This document shows positions 25,596 through 32,000 of a stretch of DNA of 32,000 bases, one piece after another (the first letter of the stretch is position 1; every line of letters begins with the position of its first letter). The stretch is from Nostoc sp. PCC 7120 = FACHB-418 (lineage in GTDB: Bacteria; Cyanobacteriota; Cyanobacteriia; Cyanobacteriales; Nostocaceae), in NCBI RefSeq assembly GCF_000009705.1, contig NC_003272.1:5580001-5612000 (forward strand), in the 5' to 3' direction. The notes under the pieces were generated by a model, which saw nothing but the letters and a program-made list of their open reading frames with translations, was not told where the DNA came from and did no database searches. The translations under genes were made by a program, and so were the position numbers.

Positions 25596-26173
25596 ATATT
25601 CAGCAAGAACTCGATCGCCTAGAAGAAATTATTTTATCTAGCTTCCGCGTACCCTTAACGGGACGGACGCTGATAGATGAAGAAAAATTATTAGAACAGC
25701 TAGATTTTATTAGAGTTTCTTTACCATCGGTGTTTCAGGATGCAGCTGCAACCTTGGAACAAAAGCAAGAAATATTGCTAGAGGCGGAAGAATATGGACA
25801 GCAATTGGTCGATGCGGCTCAAGCTAAAAGGGCGCAAATCTTAGCTGAAAGCGATATTGTCAGACAGGCAAAACAAGAAGCTGACCAAATGCGCCGACAA
25901 GTGCAGCAAGAGTGTGAGGCAATGATGCAGGAAACCCTTGCAGAAATTGACCGCAAGCGGCGTGCTTGTCAGCAGGAGTTAGAAGAAATGCGACAAACTG
26001 CGATCGCTCAAGCTCAAGAAATCGAAAATGGTGCTGATGAATATGCTGATCATGTTCTGGAAGGGATCGAACAAGACCTAAAAGATATGTTACGAGTTAT
26101 TACAAATGGCAGGCAACAACTAAGAAGTGATAGTCAAGCACAGCGTAATTCTCACTCTCAGAAAAAGAAGTAA
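25481..26173 (+). CDS. Coiled-coil protein (ATP-synthase-b-like / Q,E,A-rich), start uncertain
   Basis: 230 aa. The low-complexity N-terminus ([30 protein letters not shown]) is followed by [37 protein letters not shown] and a long heptad-like Q/E/A/R region. The first 115 nt overlap coaD in another frame. Confidence 0.62.
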   Translation: MLQPQLSNGESNYNGNYPPSPEYGNGSPPGDTPGTGNVDIQQELDRLEEIILSSFRVPLTGRTLIDEEKLLEQLDFIRVSLPSVFQDAAATLEQKQEILLEAEEYGQQLVDAAQAKRAQILAESDIVRQAKQEADQMRRQVQQECEAMMQETLAEIDRKRRACQQELEEMRQTAIAQAQEIENGADEYADHVLEGIEQDLKDMLRVITNGRQQLRSDSQAQRNSHSQKKK

Positions 26174-26259
26174 ACGCTGATACTTGAGTTACTGTAATAT
26201 TTTTTTAGCCCCATCTTGTGTTCGGGGTACAAATTGTAGGCTATTTCCAACGCCTTATT

Positions 26260-28104
26260 ATGCCTTATTATCAGGATCAGTTAAGCATCGCCACTGTTGA
26301 AGAAGCTCTGCAACAGTCATCAGTTGATGAGTTAAAAAAGTTAGCTGCTCTACTTAGTACAAATAATAAACCGACTCGCAAAGCTGAACTTGTGGCATTT
26401 ATTCAACGCCATCTAATCGGAGAAAATCTGCGCCAATTGTGGCGGGAATTAGATCAGCTACAACAAGCAGCAGTCGCTGAAACCGTTCATAGTCCAGACG
26501 GTTTTTTTAATGCAACTCGTTTTTATGCTAAATATTTGGCAGAGCCTAACTGGGGGACATCTGATCAATACGGCTACAAGCGTCAACCATCGGTGTTGTG
26601 TTTATTTATCTACGGTAAGAAGATTATCCCCAAGGATTTGCAAACACGCCTGCAAGCATTTGTTAGCAAACCAAAAGAAGTTTCCGTAAGCAGCGTTGAC
26701 AAGTGTCCGGAGTTTTTCCACATTACTTGGCGAGAATGGGACCATAAGACTGGTAAGCGGGTAGTTAAGGAAAAAGAAATTCCCATCCAGCAGTGTGAAA
26801 TGGAAACTGCGGCGCAACAAGATTTATTAGCAGTGCTGCGGTTGATTAATGGGGGGAAAGTTTCCGTAAGTGATAAAACTGGATTCCCCAGCACAGCGAG
26901 TATGAATGCGATCGCCTCCGTATTAACCGATGGTGATTATTATAATGATGATGAAACAGTTAATGCAGAAGAAAAAATCGGTTTTATTAAACCCTTCGCT
27001 TGGGCGCTACTAGTACAAGCTGGTGGCTTGGCTGAACTCTCCAACAAGCGGCTAACATTAACCAAAGCTGGACAAAAAGCCCTTACAGCCCCCGCCGCCG
27101 ATACCATCCGCACCATCTGGAAAAAGTGGTTGAAAAATAAGCTTTTAGACGAACTCCGGCGCATAGATAGCATCAAAGGGCAAACAGGCAAAGGTAAGCA
27201 AGGTTTAACCGCACCAGACAAGCGCCGCGAAGCCATAACACAAGCTTTAAAAGATTGTCCTGTAGGTTGTTGGATGACCACTGAAGAATTCTTTCGCTAT
27301 ATCCTCGCCAAAGGCTACGATTTTGAAGTGACTCGCAACCCTTGGAATTTATATATTAGCGAAGCCAATTACGGCAGCTTGGGCAATCTTGACGGTGACG
27401 ATTGGGCAATTCTCCAAGGCAGATATACCCTATGTCTACTATTTGAATATGCTGCCACTTTGGGCATGATCAATATCGCTTACGTTCATCCTAGTGGCGT
27501 TCGTCCTGATTACGGCGATTTATGGGGGACAGATGATTTGTTCTTTTTTAGTCGTTATGACGGTTTAGCTGCTTTGCAACTAACACCCTTAGGTGCATAC
27601 TGTCTGGGTGTTGATCATAATTACACTCCTCCCCCATTAGAGTTACGTTCTATATTCCGGGTGCTACCAAACTTAGAAATAGCTGCCACTGGAGAACCCT
27701 TAAAGCCGGTGGATACCCTGATGTTGGATGTTTATGCCCAAAAGATTTCTGATGCTGTGTGGCGCTTAGAAACAGCTAAGTTGTTGAGTGCAATGGAAGA
27801 AGGTTGTACTGTCACCCAATTAAAAGAATTTCTGCAAGCGCGGAGTGGTCACGAATTACCGGAGACTGTAAACCAATTTTTAGCTGATGTGGAGGCAAAA
27901 GGCAACAGTTTACGCGATCGCGGTCAAGCACGTCTGATTGAGTGTGCCGATACAGCCTTAGCTGTGTTAATTGCCAATGATTCTAGAACTAAAAAATTAT
28001 GTTTCCTCGCTGGAGAAAAGCATTTAGTTGTCCCGACTGAATCAGAAACTAAATTCCGCAATGCTGTGAAAAAGTTAGGCTACAGCATTCCTTTAGGGGG
28101 TTAG
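26260..28104 (+). CDS. XPB-associated protein; C-terminal XPB-N-terminal/p52(Tfb2)-like module (hypothetical)
   Basis: The track ORF starts at GTG 26218. I prefer ATG 26260 (MPYYQDQLSIATVEEAL...). I see no catalytic motif. The last ~140 aa (about 27685..28101) parallel the N-terminal domain of the downstream helicase (see findings). Confidence 0.72.
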   Translation: MPYYQDQLSIATVEEALQQSSVDELKKLAALLSTNNKPTRKAELVAFIQRHLIGENLRQLWRELDQLQQAAVAETVHSPDGFFNATRFYAKYLAEPNWGTSDQYGYKRQPSVLCLFIYGKKIIPKDLQTRLQAFVSKPKEVSVSSVDKCPEFFHITWREWDHKTGKRVVKEKEIPIQQCEMETAAQQDLLAVLRLINGGKVSVSDKTGFPSTASMNAIASVLTDGDYYNDDETVNAEEKIGFIKPFAWALLVQAGGLAELSNKRLTLTKAGQKALTAPAADTIRTIWKKWLKNKLLDELRRIDSIKGQTGKGKQGLTAPDKRREAITQALKDCPVGCWMTTEEFFRYILAKGYDFEVTRNPWNLYISEANYGSLGNLDGDDWAILQGRYTLCLLFEYAATLGMINIAYVHPSGVRPDYGDLWGTDDLFFFSRYDGLAALQLTPLGAYCLGVDHNYTPPPLELRSIFRVLPNLEIAATGEPLKPVDTLMLDVYAQKISDAVWRLETAKLLSAMEEGCTVTQLKEFLQARSGHELPETVNQFLADVEAKGNSLRDRGQARLIECADTALAVLIANDSRTKKLCFLAGEKHLVVPTESETKFRNAVKKLGYSIPLGG

Positions 28105-28130
28105 GGTAGCCAAAGTGATTTATATAGCTG

Positions 28131-28158
28131 TTGACAGTTGACGGTTGACGGTTGACAG
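28131..28158. repeat. STRR array TTGACAG TTGACGG TTGACGG TTGACAG
   Basis: Four tandem heptamers in the 171-bp spacer between the partner gene and the XPB helicase gene. Confidence 0.85.
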
Positions 28159-28275
28159 ACTTGAAAGTCTCGTGTTGTCAGGGTTTGATCTTGACTTGAT
28201 GTCCTAATCTATCTGGCTACGGCTATATTATCTACCATTTTTAATCATAAGCTTTACCTGAAGCTGACAAAATTC

Positions 28276-29967
28276 ATGTCCTATAACCCAGAAAATTCAT
28301 TGATAGTTCAAAGCGATCGCACCATACTACTAGAAGTGCATTCTCCCACAGCCGCTAAAGCCAGAGAAGCGATCGCTCCTTTCGCTGAACTAATCAAAAG
28401 TCCCGAACATATCCACACCTACCAAATTACACCCCTAAGTATTTGGAATGCACGGGCGGCGGGGATGCAGGTTGAGGCGATGGTAGCAGCTTTGCGTGAC
28501 TATGCTAAATATCCCATACCAGAAGCGGTGGCACAGGAAATTTCCACCTTGGGGGAGAGGTATGGATTAACAGTGATTGAACGTGATGAAGATAGTTTAC
28601 GCTTGCGGGTGAGCGATGTTGCCTTGGCAGAACTATTAGTGAGAGATAAACAAGTAGCGCCGTTACTAGGTAAACGACTTTCTGAGGTTTCTTTTCAAGT
28701 AGAAGCTGGTCTACGCGGTACGTTGAAACAGGCTTTGCTGGCTGTGGGTTATCCGGCGGAAGATATTGCCGGTTATGTGAGTGGGGATGCTTTATCTATC
28801 AAGTTGCGTGAGGAGACACGCACAGGTAAAAAATTTCTGCTGCGAGACTATCAACGTCAAGCAGCAGAAGCATTTTATCAGTCTGGAAGAGTACAAGGTG
28901 GGAGTGGTGTGATTGTGCTTCCCTGTGGTGCTGGTAAAACCATTGTCGGGATGAGTGCGATCGCTGCCGTCCAAGAGAATACACTTATACTAAGTACGAG
29001 TTTAACCTCTGTGAGGCAATGGCGACGAGAATTGTTAGATAAAACAGATTTACCAGAAGAGGCGATCGCTGAATACAGTGGAGAAGTAAAAAACACAGGG
29101 CCAATCACCCTCTCAACCTATCAAATTCTTACCTATCGTCCTAACCGCGAAGATGATTTTCCCCACTTTGACTTATTCAGCGCCCGTTCTTGGGGTTTAA
29201 TTATCTATGACGAAGTTCACCTCTTACCCGCCCCAGTTTTTCGCATCACGGCTGAACTGCAAGCACGCAGACGCTTAGGGTTAACAGCCACCCTCATCCG
29301 TGAAGATGGTAGAGAAGGCGATGTCTTTGCTCTGATCGGCCCAAAACGTTACGATGTACCTTGGCGAGAACTAGAAACAGAAGGCTTTATTGCTACCGCC
29401 AGTTGTACAGAAATTCGTGTATCCCAAGACGCAGAAAGGCAAATGACCTACGCTCTTGCACCCAGACGCAACCAGTTTCGGGTGGCGGCGGAAAATCCCC
29501 ACAAGGTACAAGTAGTTAAAGAGTTATTAGAGAAAGAGTCAGGACACCGCATCTTAATTATTGGTGAGTTTCTGGCTCAGTTAGAAACCCTTGCCAAAGT
29601 CACAGGACTACCCCTAATTACTGGCAAAACTCCTGAAAAAGAACGAGAACAGCTTTATCAAGCCTTTAGGGAGGGAAAACTAGGGGGATTAGTATTATCG
29701 AGAGTGGGTAACTTTGCCATTGATTTACCAGACGCAGACATCCTCATCCAAGTTTCAGGAAAATATGGTTCCCGCCAGGAAGAAGCGCAGCGTCTAGGTA
29801 GAGTACTGCGTCCTAAATCTGATGGTCGTCCCGCCCAATTTTATACTCTAGTATCTCTGCGTACCTGTGAAGAGGATTTTGCTCGTCATCGGCAGTTATT
29901 TTTAACAGAGCAAGGTTACAGTTATAATATTCAAATTGTGGATCAGTTTGAGAACAAATTGATCTGA
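28276..29967 (+). CDS. XPB/ERCC3/Ssl2-type SF2 DNA helicase/translocase
   Basis: 563 aa. N-terminal DRD-like domain, RDYQ, Walker A LPCGAGKT (GAGKT = 28927..28941), DEVH (29209..29220), the XPB-specific RED motif in GLTATLIREDG (29299..29307), and motif VI QRLGRVLR. Confidence 0.92.
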   Translation: MSYNPENSLIVQSDRTILLEVHSPTAAKAREAIAPFAELIKSPEHIHTYQITPLSIWNARAAGMQVEAMVAALRDYAKYPIPEAVAQEISTLGERYGLTVIERDEDSLRLRVSDVALAELLVRDKQVAPLLGKRLSEVSFQVEAGLRGTLKQALLAVGYPAEDIAGYVSGDALSIKLREETRTGKKFLLRDYQRQAAEAFYQSGRVQGGSGVIVLPCGAGKTIVGMSAIAAVQENTLILSTSLTSVRQWRRELLDKTDLPEEAIAEYSGEVKNTGPITLSTYQILTYRPNREDDFPHFDLFSARSWGLIIYDEVHLLPAPVFRITAELQARRRLGLTATLIREDGREGDVFALIGPKRYDVPWRELETEGFIATASCTEIRVSQDAERQMTYALAPRRNQFRVAAENPHKVQVVKELLEKESGHRILIIGEFLAQLETLAKVTGLPLITGKTPEKEREQLYQAFREGKLGGLVLSRVGNFAIDLPDADILIQVSGKYGSRQEEAQRLGRVLRPKSDGRPAQFYTLVSLRTCEEDFARHRQLFLTEQGYSYNIQIVDQFENKLI

Positions 29968-30476
29968 ATTTTGGTATCAACCAATTGATTATTAACTAAT
30001 AATCGGCTACCTGTAATCCAAGTTTGTTGAGGTTGAAATTGATAAATTCTCCGGGGAGAATCGTCTAGATAATCCGCAGCCGTTTTGAGAAGTGGTTTTC
30101 TGGCACGATTTGCTAGCAGAGGAAAAGCTTTTTCGGCTTGGTTTTGGTCTAACTCACAAGCTATACCTTGAAAATACAACCCTTCTGGACTACCCTCTGG
30201 GAAACTAGAATTATAAATAGCGATCGCTACTCGTCCATCATTGTGATAAATATTTTGTGAATGCTTAGAGGTAATAGCTGAAGACCAGTAAATATTCCAA
30301 CTGTCATCATAAGCAAAAAATACAGGCGACACCCAAGGAAAACCATCAACTGAGCAAGTGGATAGTGAGCAGTAAATATTATCGGCAATGATAGAATGCG
30401 CTTTACTTATAATTTCTATATTTTCGGCATCGATAGTATTCACCCATCCATTATCAGCAGTTGCGGTTTCCATCAT
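29943..30476 (-). CDS. Pyridoxamine 5'-phosphate oxidase-like (FMN-binding split-barrel) family protein
   Basis: 177 aa. CSLSTCSVDGFPWVSPVFFAYDDSWNIYWSS...RVAIAIY...GLYFQG fits the split-barrel strand pattern, though this is a weaker call. Its 3' end overlaps the XPB 3' end by 25 nt (convergent). Confidence 0.55.
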   Translation of the reverse strand: MMETATADNGWVNTIDAENIEIISKAHSIIADNIYCSLSTCSVDGFPWVSPVFFAYDDSWNIYWSSAITSKHSQNIYHNDGRVAIAIYNSSFPEGSPEGLYFQGIACELDQNQAEKAFPLLANRARKPLLKTAADYLDDSPRRIYQFQPQQTWITGSRLLVNNQLVDTKIQINLFSN

Positions 30477-30551
30477 TTCTATAACTGGGTTTTGTACAAT
30501 TGCATTCCTCCAGAAAAGATGTATCGCAGTTGAGGATCAATTGTCCAGTAG

Positions 30552-31514
30552 TTAGATATTAAATTCCTGATATACAGATAATAAAGTACATTCCCACACA
30601 AGACGCGGTTGAGCATAGACAAGTAGGTATTTACGAGCTTTTTCTAATTGACTGATAATCCCTGGTTGATGCCGCTTTTGCCAGTAAGATTGCTGTAAAT
30701 AATCAACTAACCATAATTGTGCTTCCGTCTCTAAATCCTTGTCGATTCTTTTCGCTAATTCCAACGCGTGACGTTGAGATTTTGGTGCTGTTGTTAAATC
30801 TTGCAGTAAGTCAGGGGGAATAATTTGTAATTGTTCATAAGAGGCGATCGCACTCCCCGGACTGCCAGATGCTAAACTCAACACTGCTGGGTGCTGTAAA
30901 ACTTCTTGATTCCCTGTTTGTGTCAGTACTTGAGTCAAAGATTTTGTATCTAAGCTGTAAAAGGGAATACGTTGACAGCGTGACACCAAAGTCGGCAATA
31001 CGGACTCAGGAGAAGGCGTAATCAAAATTATGGTAGCTTGTCCTGGTTCTTCTAAAGTCTTCAACAAGGCATTTGCTGCTGGTTCCGCCATTGTTTGTGC
31101 CTCCTCCAACACCACCACATTCCTTGGTGCTTCTAAGGGAGGACGGCCGAGAAATTCGGTAATTTCTCGAATTTGTTCTAAACGAATTAAAGGCGGTGCT
31201 TTGCGCTTGAGTTTCTTTTCTGCTGCTTGGGCGGCTGTGAATCTTTGTCCTTGGTATTGATAAGTCGGCTGTACCCAGAGTAAATCAGGGTGATTACCTT
31301 GACGCAAACGCTGTTGTAGAGATGGGAGAAGTCGCGCTTCCACAACAGATGCAAATAACAACTCTACAAAGCAACGCGCCGCTAAACTCCGTCCTACACC
31401 ATCTGGCCCCGCAAATAGATAAGCCGGGGCGACTCGGTTTTGCTTAACAGCCTGAGTTAGTAGCTCAATAGCTTGCTTTTGTCCTACCAGTGGTGCAAAT
31501 GGGTTATTGGTCAT
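30552..31514 (-). CDS. holB: DNA polymerase III subunit delta'
   Basis: 320 aa. APAYLFAGPDGVGRSLAARCF (degenerate P-loop), VVVLEEAQTMAEPAANALLKTLEEP and TLVSRCQRI. Confidence 0.9.
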   Translation of the reverse strand: MTNNPFAPLVGQKQAIELLTQAVKQNRVAPAYLFAGPDGVGRSLAARCFVELLFASVVEARLLPSLQQRLRQGNHPDLLWVQPTYQYQGQRFTAAQAAEKKLKRKAPPLIRLEQIREITEFLGRPPLEAPRNVVVLEEAQTMAEPAANALLKTLEEPGQATIILITPSPESVLPTLVSRCQRIPFYSLDTKSLTQVLTQTGNQEVLQHPAVLSLASGSPGSAIASYEQLQIIPPDLLQDLTTAPKSQRHALELAKRIDKDLETEAQLWLVDYLQQSYWQKRHQPGIISQLEKARKYLLVYAQPRLVWECTLLSVYQEFNI

Positions 31515-31748
31515 TCTTTAAGCTAATGCACGTCTAAATTGCATAACTACTCATCAGGGCTGTTAACTGTCAAAAGATCTCATGATGGATTGTGTAACTT
31601 AAATAATTAAAATTTTATATAAAGCTTATTTAATTTTTCACTTAATTGTCTTAATAATCGTCGTTTCCCAATATTTTGTATTAGATTTGGCTAAATGCTG
31701 CATATAAAGCAGTTATTTGCTATATCTATCAAATTTTGGAGGAAAAAG

Positions 31749-32000
31749 ATGGACTCTCTAATTGGACAAATTGTATTATTTGCCGGAAATTTTGCACCAC
31801 ACGGCTGGGCATTATGTAATGGACAGTTATTATCTATACAAGAATACACTGCCGTATATTCTATTCTTGGCACGACTTTTGGTGGTGATGGTGTTCAAAC
31901 TTTCGCTCTGCCCAATCTGCCTATTGTTCCGGATACAGATGGAAAAGGCGAATCTCGATACATCATTTGCCTTTATGGAATTTACCCCTCCCGTTGGTAG
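31749..32000 (+). CDS. Phage tail collar domain protein (MdpB-like), short form
   Basis: 83 aa from the ATG at 31749, which has GGAGG 7-11 nt upstream. LIGQIVLFAGNFAPHGWALCNGQLLSIQEYTAVYSILGTTFGGDGVQTFALPNL and the C-terminal YIICLYGIYPSR are the tail-collar signature. The stop codon is the last triplet of the window. Confidence 0.82.
   Translation: MDSLIGQIVLFAGNFAPHGWALCNGQLLSIQEYTAVYSILGTTFGGDGVQTFALPNLPIVPDTDGKGESRYIICLYGIYPSRW

Noticed and set aside
26218-26259. GTG 26218 as the start of the XPB-partner gene
   Set aside because: The first 14 codons (FGVQIVGYFQRLI) look non-conserved and hydrophobic. The ATG at 26260 gives a plausible N-terminus. This needs orthologue alignment or N-terminal proteomics.
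26602-27281. Minus-strand ORFs 26602..26820, 26610..26894 and 26940..27281 inside the XPB-partner gene
   Set aside because: They are antisense shadows within a long, uninterrupted plus-strand ORF, and they overlap one another.
28792-29108. Minus-strand ORFs 28792..28974, 28799..28984 and 28878..29108
   Set aside because: They are antisense to the XPB helicase motif I region. The helicase frame is unambiguous.
29943-29967. 25-nt convergent overlap of the XPB and PNPOx-like gene 3' ends as a regulatory feature
   Set aside because: Short convergent 3' overlaps are common in compact genomes. The sequence shows no structure or motif suggesting more than coincidence.

Overview
This window looks like a chromosomal segment from a filamentous Nostoc/Anabaena-type cyanobacterium. 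I counted 30 perfect copies of the HIP1 octamer GCGATCGC by eye. There are several tandem heptamer (STRR-type) arrays of the TTGACNG/CAACAGT and CCCCATT families. The gene content fits too: an RRM glycine-rich Rbp, a fibrillin, a Uma2 nuclease and an HstK-type giant kinase. Most genes are housekeeping: rsmI, a PfkB kinase coupled to a CysQ/IMPase phosphatase, rbp, a SAM methyltransferase, an ArnT/PMT-like glycosyltransferase, MarR, a CYTH protein, arfB, fibrillin, cobM, lgt, coaD and holB. Two blocks stand out. (1) At 4925-14204, a 1.16 kb very AT-rich non-coding leader is followed by a sesquiterpene-type terpene synthase and a CYP110-like P450. A 1900-aa Ser/Thr-kinase/AAA/TPR/GAF/His-kinase gene converges on them. 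As far as I recall this mini-cluster architecture has been described for Nostoc, but its regulation and the kinase link have not been explained. (2) At 26218-29967, a bona fide XPB/ERCC3-type helicase sits next to a ~620-aa partner whose C-terminus resembles the XPB N-terminal / p52(Tfb2) C-terminal module. I consider this possible minimal TFIIH-like DNA-opening pair the best candidate for an uncharacterised system. Smaller oddities include a divergent lgt/coaD promoter region built almost entirely of tandem repeats with G-quadruplex potential, an out-of-frame 115-nt overlap with poly-C tracts at the coaD 3' end, an in-frame heptamer array inside the kinase ATPase domain, MITE-like and hairpin repeats, and an orphan plus-strand terminator. 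All protein calls rest on motif recognition in the supplied translations. No database search, folding or statistics could be run.
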